Shown: positions 19,314-27,876 of the stretch, piece by piece
How the letters are laid out: the number at the start of each line of letters is the position of its first letter
How positions within the stretch are numbered: position 1 is the first letter of the stretch
Assembly (NCBI GenBank): GCA_027484965.1
Contig: JAIXRY010000008.1
Location: 1,069-65,068, forward strand
From: a bacterium
Lineage (GTDB): Bacteria > Patescibacteriota > Minisyncoccia > Phycocordibacterales > UBA9973
DNA length: 64,000 nt
Reading direction: 5' to 3'
The notes under the pieces: generated by a model
What the model saw: the letters and a program-made list of their open reading frames with translations, nothing else
The model's database searches: none
What the model was told of the DNA's origin: nothing
Position numbers and translations under genes: made by a program

Positions 19314-20072
19314 TTAATCTGTCAAACTTTTAACACCTCTCATCATCTTTTCTAAATCTCTAACCCAAGATTCGTCAGATTTAAAAGTAACAATAGTCTT
19401 CTCTCTTCTACCAGTTATTTCATCTTTTATATACATTTCTTCTGGTTTATAAGGATTATCATCAACCAAAACTCTTTCAAAAGACCTTCCAAAATCGATA
19501 ACGGCAGGGTTTCCTGTTTCATTATCAATCATTACATTCCCAGCATGCAAATCTCTATGATAAATACCATTTTTATTGATATTTGAAATAAAATTATTTA
19601 ATAAGGAGAAAAATCTATCATGGTCGTAGTTTTCTGGAAGTTTTTCTCTGTGAGTACAGACATAAGCTATAGTATTACCATAAACCTCATCCATAACTAA
19701 AACCTGTCTAGAACCCCTCTTACCATCACCTTTATCTACTCCTCTAGCCTTAATAGAAGCTATAGGTTCTGGAACAAAGACACTATCATCTATATCTCTA
19801 ACTTTCTCCATAAAACTCATTTCAATTTCAGTGTCGTGATCAAGAAATCCTTGCCTGTCTACAACTTTATAACAAAAGCCTGCATTTTTTTGATCATCTC
19901 TAAAAACATCAGCTGATTTACCTGTACCAAGTTCATTTTGTTTAATAAATAACTCTTCAGCAAGATCACACAATCTATCTTCGAAATCTTCAGTATGAAG
20001 TTCCGGATATCTTTTCTCTACTTTTTCTGGGTGTTTAAGTAGAACATCAAAATTTGGATGTCTTTCAGTCAT
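19314..20072 (-). CDS. Protein-kinase-like fold phosphotransferase (APH / atypical kinase-like)
   Basis: Catalytic-loop-like GIYHRDLHAGNVMID and metal-binding AVIDFG motifs. The ORF-track N-terminus (to 20201) reads through tRNA-Gly and is rejected; start placed at MTERHP (20072; alternative 20090). Confidence 0.55.
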   Translation of the reverse strand: MTERHPNFDVLLKHPEKVEKRYPELHTEDFEDRLCDLAEELFIKQNELGTGKSADVFRDDQKNAGFCYKVVDRQGFLDHDTEIEMSFMEKVRDIDDSVFVPEPIASIKARGVDKGDGKRGSRQVLVMDEVYGNTIAYVCTHREKLPENYDHDRFFSLLNNFISNINKNGIYHRDLHAGNVMIDNETGNPAVIDFGRSFERVLVDDNPYKPEEMYIKDEITGRREKTIVTFKSDESWVRDLEKMMRGVKSLTD

Positions 20073-20129
20073 ATAAAAATAATAGCACATATTTACTATA
20101 TTAATAAAATTTGCTAATATATATCCATT

Positions 20130-20200
20130 GCGGGATTGGTTTAGTGGTAGAATGTCTGCCTTCCAAGCAGAAGACAAGAGTTCGATTCTCTTATCCCGCA
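20130..20200 (+). tRNA. tRNA-Gly (anticodon UCC)
   Basis: 71-nt cloverleaf: GCGGGAU acceptor, anticodon arm UCUGC-CUUCCAA-GCAGA, T-arm AGAGUUCGAUUCUCU. Confidence 0.85.
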
Positions 20201-20232
20201 CAGAAAAAATAGCCCGAAAGGGCTATTTTTGC
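20201..20232 (+). terminator. Intrinsic terminator after tRNA-Gly, embedded in a 10-bp inverted repeat with the tRNA 3' end
   Basis: aaaaatagcccgaaagggctattttt flanked by cttatcccgc...gcgggataag. Confidence 0.65.
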
Positions 20233-20239
20233 GGGATAA

Positions 20240-20620
20240 GCAAGTTTATACTCGACAGTACGATGAGTCATCGACTGCTTTACTTGCGTAGAGATGAGAA
20301 CGCCGGAACAATATTATATCAGCAGATAATTGTGAGGCGGTGCCCAGACAAATTCGGAGCGACGGCGAGAATTTAGTCGCGGGCGATTCTCATATAAGAA
20401 TAAGAGAAAAAGTATATTTTTGTTTAAGCAAAGCGGAAGGCAAAAATACCAAACCGGGCCGTCCACAGGTGTCTATCTATCCCCTTAATAGACCGCAAAG
20501 TCTTAGAATAAAGTGAGAAGTTACCGAGTCGAACTCCCATTAAAAATAAAAACTCCCATTAAATAGGAGTTCACATTACAATAAAAAAATAAGAGACATC
20601 GTAAGTTTTTAACCTGGTCA
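20240..20620. ncRNA. Unassigned GC-rich non-coding region; candidate structured RNA (identity and strand unknown)
   Basis: About 370 nt with markedly higher GC than the flanks. No credible ORF; the only ORFs overlap the tRNA or are AT-rich junk. Adjacent to a tRNA. No RNase P (AGGAAAGUCC) or SRP signature found by eye. Confidence 0.3.
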
Positions 20621-20634
20621 ATATATTGAAAAAA

Positions 20635-21078
20635 TTATTTTTCTATAACAACAGTTTCGTTAATACTTACAAAATCAAAAAGTTCAATCACGCTCTGATT
20701 TGCCATTCGTGTACAACCATGACTTACTTGCTTACCAAGATCATTTTCATGATTAGTTCCATGTATGTAAATAAAACGTTCTTTAGTGTTTTTATTTTGT
20801 TCATCAAGACCGTGAAGCCACATAACTCGTGTCAAAACAAGATCTTCAGCAACAGAAGAAGTATCCCAAATACCGATTGGTTTTCTACCTTTAAATATAG
20901 TATTTATAGGTAAATCTAATCCTATTTTTTGAAAAACTAAAAAATTACCATAAGGCGTTTTTTCACTACCAAATTCAAAACCAGTCCCATATTTTGATGT
21001 CGAAATTGGCCAATCCTTAATAACTGTATTATCTATATAATACAGAAGCCTTTGCTCTGATATTAAAATTTTTATCAT
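20635..21078 (-). CDS. L,D-transpeptidase (YkuD-like catalytic domain)
   Basis: IYIHGTNHENDLGKQVSHGCTRM motif (catalytic His...Ser-His-Gly-Cys). Confidence 0.75.
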   Translation of the reverse strand: MIKILISEQRLLYYIDNTVIKDWPISTSKYGTGFEFGSEKTPYGNFLVFQKIGLDLPINTIFKGRKPIGIWDTSSVAEDLVLTRVMWLHGLDEQNKNTKERFIYIHGTNHENDLGKQVSHGCTRMANQSVIELFDFVSINETVVIEK

Positions 21079-21143
21079 ATTTATTTTTTTATATTTATAA
21101 ATACAATATCATTTTATCAATATAGTGTAAAATTATAGCTTAC

Positions 21144-21545
21144 TTACACAAAACTCTCAAAAACCTCTACTTTCCCCTTCTTTTGGTCTGTATCTATAAA
21201 TACCACCAACAAATCGCATTGCCATAGTTTATTCTCATCTATATGTTTCTCAAGCAAATACAGTTGCGTTGTCTTGAGAAACCTTTTAATCTTCTTCTCA
21301 TGCAAATTTTCTACTGGATTATAAACTGTTTCTCCCCTATTATTTTCAATAAAATTTCGTCTTATAGATTTTACCTCAACAAAATGAATAATGTTGTCTT
21401 TTTCAGCTACAATATCAACTTCTCCAAAGAATGTAGAGAAATTTGATTCTAAGATAGTAAAGCCATGTTTCATGAGAAACATAGAGGCAAGTTTTTCACC
21501 TATTTCCCCTACTTTCTGAGTTTTTGAAGTAAAAACCTTCATCAA
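21144..21545 (-). CDS. yraN: YraN family (UPF0102) PD-(D/E)xK endonuclease-like protein
   Basis: GEIGEKLASMFLMKHGFTIL...GEVDIVAEKDNIIHFVEVKSIRR pattern typical of YraN. Confidence 0.6.
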   Translation of the reverse strand: MMKVFTSKTQKVGEIGEKLASMFLMKHGFTILESNFSTFFGEVDIVAEKDNIIHFVEVKSIRRNFIENNRGETVYNPVENLHEKKIKRFLKTTQLYLLEKHIDENKLWQCDLLVVFIDTDQKKGKVEVFESFV

Positions 21546-21866
21546 GATAAGTATATAATAATCAAATAACAGAATATAGTTTATATATGTTACATGTGTA
21601 ACTAATTACTACAAAACATCTCTTATATTTAGAGATTAAAATATAGATATTTGTTTCAGGTGAAACAAATATGAGCTGTTTTACAATAAAATGTGTATTT
21701 TTTAATTTCTAGCACGTGAAACATATATACATCACCTATTGTCTATTATTTAATATGACTTTTCAAAAATACTTATATTTTGTAATACTATTTTAGTTTT
21801 TCAGACATTAAAAATTATGTTTGACCGATTGTAAAAAGTCGTCTCTTATAAACACTATACACAGAG

Positions 21867-21875
21867 TTATCCACA
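21867..21875 (+). promoter_or_regulatory. Consensus DnaA box TTATCCACA outside oriC (with an adjacent degenerate box TATACACAG)
   Basis: Exact 9-mer. The shared 11-mer cacagagttat also occurs in the dnaA-dnaN spacer. Confidence 0.4.
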
Positions 21876-21997
21876 GTTTTGTTAAAAAATAAGGATAACT
21901 AGACCATAAAGTACTCATGTCTCCAAAAATAAAAAGACTGTCTTATTTTGAAATTAAGTGTGTACTTAAATGATCAACTATGCAATAATAGTTCTAC

Positions 21998-22069
21998 GCA
22001 CTTATGGTGAAATGGATATCACAGCGGTCTTCGGAACCGTTATTCTGGGTTCGAATCCTGGTAAGTGCA
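21998..22069 (+). tRNA. tRNA-Arg (anticodon UCG)
   Basis: 72-nt cloverleaf: acceptor GCACUUA/UAAGUGC, anticodon arm GCGGU-CUUCGGA-ACCGU, T-arm CUGGGUUCGAAUCCUGG. Confidence 0.8.
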
Positions 22070-22131
22070 CAAAGATTATATTTGCATTTTTTTGTACATA
22101 TGGATATAATTATCAATACCAATCTATATAA

Positions 22132-22202
22132 GCGGGATTGGTTTAGTGGTAAAATACGTCCTTGCCAAGGATGAGTCAAGAGTTCGATTCTCTTATCCCG
22201 CA
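22132..22202 (+). tRNA. tRNA-Gly (anticodon GCC)
   Basis: Same acceptor, D and T arms as the UCC isoacceptor; anticodon arm CGUCC-UUGCCAA-GGAUG. Confidence 0.85.
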
Positions 22203-22226
22203 CAGATTAGGGTAACCAAGTTTCAT

Positions 22227-23780
22227 ATGAAACAAGACCCAATAAACAACAATATAATACCTGATTACGTTACACATGTAACACAAACTCTCGAAAAAGC
22301 TGGTTTTGAGGCTTTTCTTGTTGGTGGTTGTGTAAGAGATCTAATAATAGGAAAGGAGATAGAAGATTGGGACATGACAACAAACGCCAAACCAGAAGAT
22401 ATGCTAGGGCTTTTTGAGAAGACTGTATATGAAAATAGTTTTGGGACAGTCGCTGTATGTATACCTAAAGTTACACACGAAACTAATATTTTAACGAATA
22501 GTGAACAAAGTAATGTTTCATATGTAACAAATACTGGTGTTTCACCTGAAACAAAACAGAAATATAATATCGTAGAGGTTACACCTTATAGAAAAGAGGG
22601 TATTTATAAAGATTCTAGACGTCCAGAAAGTGTCTCATTCAGTGAAAATATAGAAGACGATCTAAAAAGACGTGATTTTACAATGAATGCTGTCGCATAT
22701 AGTATTTCTAAAGGACAGTTTATTGACCTTTATAAAGGACAAGAAGACATAAAGGACAAAGTTATTAGAGCAGTAGGAGACCCAAATGAACGCTTCCAAG
22801 AAGATGCGCTTCGAATGATGCGAGCAATTAGGTTTTCCACAGTTTTGAATTTCGCAATTGAAAGTGAGACATTGAGTGCTATTTATACAAACAGGGAATT
22901 AATTAAAAATATCTCCCAAGAACGCATTCGTGATGAATTCTTAAAGATAATAGAAAGCAATAACCCGAGTATGGGAATTGTACTTCTTGAAAAGACTGGA
23001 TTGCTCAAATATATTATTCCAGAACTTCGCGAAGGAATAGGGTGCGAACAGGGTGGGGCACACAAATTCGCAGTGTTCGAACATTTACTCGGAGCACTCG
23101 ACCATGCAGCCCAAAAAGGATTCTCTACAGAAATACGTCTAGCGGCACTATTCCACGATATAGGTAAACCTCGAACTCGTCGCCCAGGCACAAAGAAAGC
23201 TTATACATTCTATGGTCACGAAGTAGTGGGAGCTAAGATGGTAAAGAAAATAATGGAAAGAATGAAATTTCCAAAAGATACAACAGACTTCGTTACCAAT
23301 ATGGTTCGTCGTCATATGTTCTTCTCAGATACAGAACAAATAACTCTATCAGCAGTACGTCGTGTTATTGCAAATGTGGGAGCAGATCATATATGGGAGC
23401 TTATGGAAATCCGTGAATGTGACAGAGTAGGGATGAGTAAAGTTGAAGCACCATATAGACTTAGAAAATATCACGCAATGATCGAAGAATGTCTTCGTGA
23501 TCCAATATCAGTATCACAACTCGCTATCGACGGCTCATATATGATTAATGAGCTTAAAATGACTCCAGGACCACGCATGGGATGGATTCTATTATCTTTA
23601 CTTGAAGAAGTATTAGACGACCCCACAAAGAACACAATCGAAATATTAAAAGAAAGAGTTCTTGATCTAAACGAACTCGATGACCATACACTTCGAACTC
23701 TCGGCGAGAAGGCTAAAAAACAAAAAGAAGAACTCGATGAAAAGGAAGTAGGGGAATTACATAAAAAACATAGGGTTTAA
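22227..23780 (+). CDS. cca: CCA-adding tRNA nucleotidyltransferase with HD domain
   Basis: GGCVRDLIIGKEIEDWDMTT head-domain motif; HD motif FHDIGKP. The ORF-track start (22146) lies inside tRNA-Gly; start moved to MKQDPINN. Confidence 0.85.
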   Translation: MKQDPINNNIIPDYVTHVTQTLEKAGFEAFLVGGCVRDLIIGKEIEDWDMTTNAKPEDMLGLFEKTVYENSFGTVAVCIPKVTHETNILTNSEQSNVSYVTNTGVSPETKQKYNIVEVTPYRKEGIYKDSRRPESVSFSENIEDDLKRRDFTMNAVAYSISKGQFIDLYKGQEDIKDKVIRAVGDPNERFQEDALRMMRAIRFSTVLNFAIESETLSAIYTNRELIKNISQERIRDEFLKIIESNNPSMGIVLLEKTGLLKYIIPELREGIGCEQGGAHKFAVFEHLLGALDHAAQKGFSTEIRLAALFHDIGKPRTRRPGTKKAYTFYGHEVVGAKMVKKIMERMKFPKDTTDFVTNMVRRHMFFSDTEQITLSAVRRVIANVGADHIWELMEIRECDRVGMSKVEAPYRLRKYHAMIEECLRDPISVSQLAIDGSYMINELKMTPGPRMGWILLSLLEEVLDDPTKNTIEILKERVLDLNELDDHTLRTLGEKAKKQKEELDEKEVGELHKKHRV

Positions 23781-23782
23781 AT

Positions 23783-23814
23783 AAAAACACCCACAAATGT
23801 GGGTGTTTTTATTT
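23783..23814 (+). terminator. Intrinsic terminator after cca
   Basis: aaaaacacccacaaatgtgggtgttttt. Confidence 0.7.
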
Positions 23815-23815
23815 A

Positions 23816-24142
23816 TTACCATTGACCATGAGTACTTGGATTATAGTCGTTTGGTTTTTTATGTAATTCATCCCATTCATTCACAGTCTCATTCTTACCT
23901 TTCATATACCACTCATTATCACGAAATTCTATATTTTCTGGATAAAGAACATGGTACTGGTTGGCAATCTTTTTTCTTTCTTCTATATAAGAATCTTCTG
24001 ATTCAAATTTTCCCAAGAATAATTCTACTTCTTTTTTAGAAGTTTCCTCTTGAATTCTTTGAGCCTCTTTTGTAAAATTAAATTGACCTTCTGGTGGGAG
24101 ATCTTTATTACCCTCTAAATCTAAATGGAATTGCATATACAT
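23816..24142 (-). CDS. Orphan small protein (108 aa)
   Basis: Clean ORF; no family recognised. Confidence 0.3.
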   Translation of the reverse strand: MYMQFHLDLEGNKDLPPEGQFNFTKEAQRIQEETSKKEVELFLGKFESEDSYIEERKKIANQYHVLYPENIEFRDNEWYMKGKNETVNEWDELHKKPNDYNPSTHGQW

Positions 24143-24264
24143 AAAGTATACGCCACTTATAAAAAAAGAAAAGGCCGGCCTCCGTTAATACGAAGACCGG
24201 CTTTAGCCTATGAACGGTATGTTTCTACCCCTAGAACATACATCTATAGACAACGATACTATAA

Positions 24265-25050
24265 TTAAAAAATAATGTCAATATATATAGGGCAATGATC
24301 AGAACCTGTATAGTCTGTGAGATGTTCTGATTTTTTGAGATAGGGGAGCAAATCAGGTGAAATAAAGAAATAATCTATACGCCAACCAACATTACGAGAA
24401 CGAGCACCTGTCTTCTGATCCCAATATGTATAAGAATCTTTTGCGTCTGGATGAAGTGTGCGGAAAGTATCTACATATCCAAGAGATACAACCTTATCAA
24501 TCCAAGCACGTTCTTGTGGGAGAAATCCTGTGTTGTCTTTGTTTTCTTTTGGACGAGCAAGGTCTATTTCGTTATGAGCAGTGTTCACATCACCACAAAC
24601 AATCACCCCATAACCTTCTTTTCTATACTTTTCCATTTTTTTCAAAAATGCATCATAAAAACGCATTTTATAATCGAGTCGTATTGGACCACCTCCACCA
24701 TTAGGGAAGTAGCAATTCATAAGAACAAAAGGATGGTCTACGTCATCAAAAACAAGAACATTTGTTCGTCCTTCATCATCGAATTCTTCCACACCAAACC
24801 CATCCATCACTTCGCTTGGATTTATTTTTGTATATACACCAACACCACTATAACCTTTGCGAGTTTTACAGTGAGATAAGAAGAGTTCATAACCTTTTAT
24901 ATTCTTAACTTCATCTCCGAGCTGATCTAATTCGGCTTTTACTTCTTGAAGACAAAGTATGTCAGCCTTATGCTTTGTAAATAAATCCATAAAATCACCA
25001 TTTTTGACAGTTGCACGTAAGCCATTTGTGTTCCATGAGATTATTTTCAT
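24265..25050 (-). CDS. xth: Exodeoxyribonuclease III / AP endonuclease
   Basis: MKIISWNTNGLRA...ADILCLQEVK..., C-terminal SDHCPI motif. Confidence 0.9.
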   Translation of the reverse strand: MKIISWNTNGLRATVKNGDFMDLFTKHKADILCLQEVKAELDQLGDEVKNIKGYELFLSHCKTRKGYSGVGVYTKINPSEVMDGFGVEEFDDEGRTNVLVFDDVDHPFVLMNCYFPNGGGGPIRLDYKMRFYDAFLKKMEKYRKEGYGVIVCGDVNTAHNEIDLARPKENKDNTGFLPQERAWIDKVVSLGYVDTFRTLHPDAKDSYTYWDQKTGARSRNVGWRIDYFFISPDLLPYLKKSEHLTDYTGSDHCPIYIDIIF

Positions 25051-25144
25051 AAAACTTATTTTATCATAGAATCTTTACTTTTTCAGAAAAAAGAGTAAAG
25101 TATTAATTAGATAAAAATTCACAACCAAATAAAACACTACAGCA

Positions 25145-25744
25145 ATGGAAAAACATCACTTTTCAACCACTATTTTTGCGCTAATTATTTTTTTTAGCAC
25201 CATCCTATTTAGTTTTCACCCTGCATGGATGAATAGCTTATTTGAACAAATTTCAATAAGCTATAAAAATCTTACATATTTTGTAATCATTTCACTAATT
25301 ATTGGTCTTGTTCCTTTTGGAATGAGCTTTAAAATTGAAACAAAAGAACCAGAACAAGAAACAGAGCTAGATCCTGATTATGAAGCCGAAAAAACTTTTT
25401 ATTTTTTTCAGTTTAATGCATTTCTTTTATTTAGAGTTATTCTTACATCTCTAGTTTTAACAATTTCAGCCTATTATTTTATAGACGGAAATCTACATTC
25501 TTGGTGCAAAGAAGGAACGAGTACTATTTTTACACTTGTTTTATTGTTTTTTAATGGAGTATCTTCAATAATTCTTGGATATAGAACATTTTTATTGCTT
25601 GAATTTAAAAGCATTAGTAAAGCAAAAGGAATTGAAAGTTTGGCTGGTCAAATTAAATATGACCCTAGCAGAATAAGAGACAAGGGTTATAATTATGGAT
25701 ACACAGGAGGACCTAACACTCGCACACCAAGTAGAAACAGTTAA
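25145..25744 (+). CDS. Orphan polytopic membrane protein (199 aa)
   Basis: About four hydrophobic helices. Confidence 0.35.
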   Translation: MEKHHFSTTIFALIIFFSTILFSFHPAWMNSLFEQISISYKNLTYFVIISLIIGLVPFGMSFKIETKEPEQETELDPDYEAEKTFYFFQFNAFLLFRVILTSLVLTISAYYFIDGNLHSWCKEGTSTIFTLVLLFFNGVSSIILGYRTFLLLEFKSISKAKGIESLAGQIKYDPSRIRDKGYNYGYTGGPNTRTPSRNS

Positions 25745-25771
25745 TTTGGGCGCATCTTTTTAGATGCGCTT

Positions 25772-26701
25772 TTATTTTTTCTTACTATGAAACTTTTTAT
25801 GTACTTCACGAAGTTGAGCATCAGTAACGTGCGTATACACCTGCGTCGTTGCAATATTCGCATGACCGAGCATCATCTGAACAGAACGAATATCAGCACC
25901 ATTTGAAAGAAGATCAGTAGCGAATGAGTGACGAATAACGTGAGGTGTAACCTTACGAGAAATACCAGATGCGATTGCGTACTTTTTTACAATACGTTCG
26001 ATAGAGCGAGGAGTAAGTCTATTTGTTTCTGATTTCCTATTTGAACTCTGTAGAAACATAGGCTCTTCCATATCTTTTCTATTTTCCAAATATTTTTTAA
26101 TAGCACTCTTAGCATCGTCAGAGAGAAATACTACGCGCACCTTTTCACCTTTTCCACGAATTGAGAATTCATCTCGAGTAAGATCAAGATCACGATTAAG
26201 AGAGCAGAGTTCAGAAAGACGAAGTCCTGTAGAGAAAAATAACTCAAGAATAGCTTTATCGCGAAGACCTTGGAGACGTGTCATATCTGGCGCTTTTAGA
26301 AGTCTGTCGAGCTCATTTGTTGTCATTAGATCAAGTTCGCGACCCTTTATCTTTGCAAGTTCAACTCTATCTGGAGTCAGAGCAGTAATGCTTCTTTTCA
26401 TTAAATACTTCAAGAAAACACGAAGAGCAATCATGTGATAGTTCTGAGTATTCTTTTTCAAATTTGCAGATGCTTGTCCGCGAACTTTTACACCTGGTTG
26501 GCGATTGAGAAAAAGTCTAAATTCACGAACGTTGTCGTCATTAATATCAGAAGGGGACTTTATCTTTGCTTGTTCAAAAAAACGAGTGAGATATCTGTCA
26601 TAATTCTCAACAGTTTTTAGACTTGAACCTTTTTCAATTTCCAAATATTCGAGAAATTGTCTTTTAATTACATAAATGTCCATATATCTAGTGTCGCACA
26701 A
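25772..26701 (-). CDS. xerC: Tyrosine site-specific recombinase XerC/XerD family
   Basis: Catalytic residues R...HxxR...Y: RHSFATDLLSNGADIRSVQMMLGHANIATTQVYTHV. Probable start at MDIYVIKRQFLEYL (26683). Confidence 0.85.
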   Translation of the reverse strand: MCDTRYMDIYVIKRQFLEYLEIEKGSSLKTVENYDRYLTRFFEQAKIKSPSDINDDNVREFRLFLNRQPGVKVRGQASANLKKNTQNYHMIALRVFLKYLMKRSITALTPDRVELAKIKGRELDLMTTNELDRLLKAPDMTRLQGLRDKAILELFFSTGLRLSELCSLNRDLDLTRDEFSIRGKGEKVRVVFLSDDAKSAIKKYLENRKDMEEPMFLQSSNRKSETNRLTPRSIERIVKKYAIASGISRKVTPHVIRHSFATDLLSNGADIRSVQMMLGHANIATTQVYTHVTDAQLREVHKKFHSKKK

Positions 26702-26787
26702 TATTTTTACTTTAAAAAGGGGAAAGATGTGTTAAAAGAATATTAGGGTATTGCGTTTTTATACGATTATGCTATTATATACAGGCA

Positions 26788-27051
26788 ATGTTAACTACAA
26801 AGAAAAAACAAACAGTAATCAAAAAGAACCAAAAACACGAGAAAGATACTGGTTCTTCAGGTGTTCAAGTAGCAATTCTATCAACTCGTATTGATGAACT
26901 TGCAAAACACCTCAAAAAACACGCTAAAGACGTGCATTCTCGTCGCGGTCTTATCAAAATGGTTTCAGAACGTCGTTCACATTTGAAATATCTAGAAAGA
27001 ACAGACAAGACTCTTTTCAATAAAATGCAAAAAGAAATAAAAGGTAACTAA
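26788..27051 (+). CDS. rpsO: 30S ribosomal protein S15
   Basis: Near-identity to the S15 core: [29 protein letters not shown] is matched by LSTRIDELAKHLKKHAKDVHSRRGLIKMV. Confidence 0.9.
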   Translation: MLTTKKKQTVIKKNQKHEKDTGSSGVQVAILSTRIDELAKHLKKHAKDVHSRRGLIKMVSERRSHLKYLERTDKTLFNKMQKEIKGN

Positions 27052-27063
27052 TACTATACTTTT

Positions 27064-27099
27064 AATCAAAATGTCTCCCGCTCGGGAGACATTTTGATT
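27064..27099 (+). terminator. Intrinsic terminator after rpsO
   Basis: aaaatgtctcccgctcgggagacatttt. Confidence 0.7.
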
Positions 27100-27141
27100 A
27101 GTACTTTTTATATAATCTAAAAAAGTATAGAATATACATAT

Positions 27142-27681
27142 ATGTCAACAATAAAACATGACGAACAAAGAATTGGTATCTTCATAGATACACAAAATCT
27201 CTATCATAGTGCAAAAAATCTCTATCAAAGAAAAGTAAACTTCGGAGCAATAATGAAGGAAGTGGCAAGTGGAAGAAAACTTGTGCGTGCAATCGCATAC
27301 GTGATAACTTCTGAAGGAGGAGAAGAAAAAGCATTCTTCGAAGCACTAAACAAATTTGGAATTGAAACAAAGACAAAAGATCTGCAAATATTCGCCGGTG
27401 GTGCCAAGAAGGGTGACTGGGACGTAGGACTTGCTGTAGATGTAATGAAAATGTCTCCACGTCTTGACGCTGTAGTACTTGTAACAGGAGACGGTGACTT
27501 TATACCTCTTATAGAATATTTACAATCACAACTTGTACAAGTAGAAGTAGCTTCTTTTGGAAAGTCTACTTCAATGAAACTGAAAGAAGTGGTGGATAAT
27601 TTTATTGATTTATCAATCACTCCACAAAAATACTTGATAGGATACCGGGGAAGAAAGGTAAAAGTTAAAGTTCAAAAATAA
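27142..27681 (+). CDS. NYN-domain (LabA-like) nuclease
   Basis: IGIFIDTQNLYHSA...LVTGDGDFIPLIEYLQ pattern of NYN/LabA PIN-like domains. Confidence 0.7.
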   Translation: MSTIKHDEQRIGIFIDTQNLYHSAKNLYQRKVNFGAIMKEVASGRKLVRAIAYVITSEGGEEKAFFEALNKFGIETKTKDLQIFAGGAKKGDWDVGLAVDVMKMSPRLDAVVLVTGDGDFIPLIEYLQSQLVQVEVASFGKSTSMKLKEVVDNFIDLSITPQKYLIGYRGRKVKVKVQK

Positions 27682-27717
27682 GAAGTCAAAATTGTAAGTT
27701 AGAATTAAAAAGTTAAG

Positions 27718-27762
27718 ACAACAGCGGCGCCTAAAAGGCACCGCTGTTGTTCTTTTTTTTAC
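27718..27762 (+). terminator. Intrinsic terminator
   Basis: acagcggcgcctaaaaggcaccgctgt followed by a T8 run. Confidence 0.7.
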
Positions 27763-27876
27763 TTATCTATTTTGAATTATACTTCTGACTTTTTATTTTT
27801 GAATTTTTAATTCATTTTTGCCTTTTAACTTACAAATTTTGAATTTGAAATTTAATTATCGTGTTATACTTTTTGT

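Noticed and set aside
20073-20201. N-terminal 43 codons of the ORF-track call for the kinase-like gene (MRDKRIELLSSAWKADILPLNQSRNGY...)
   Set aside because: This part is the reverse translation of tRNA-Gly(UCC). The same MRDKRIELL peptide reappears in the spurious ORF 21994-22203 over tRNA-Gly(GCC). Start moved downstream to 20072.
20128-20376. 82-aa plus-strand ORF
   Set aside because: Begins inside tRNA-Gly and continues through its terminator into the GC-rich non-coding stretch. No coding signal.
20240-20620. Assignment of the GC-rich intergenic region specifically as tmRNA or RNase P RNA
   Set aside because: By eye, neither the tmRNA 5'-GGGG...UUCGAC / 3' T-arm-ACCA features nor the RNase P P4 or conserved CR-I/CR-V motifs are found convincingly on either strand. 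Kept only as an unassigned candidate ncRNA.
20626-20913. 95-aa plus-strand ORF
   Set aside because: Antisense shadow of the L,D-transpeptidase gene, which has clear catalytic motifs.
22146-22226. Upstream extension of the cca ORF
   Set aside because: It starts inside tRNA-Gly(GCC). The conserved CCA-enzyme N-terminus begins at 22227.
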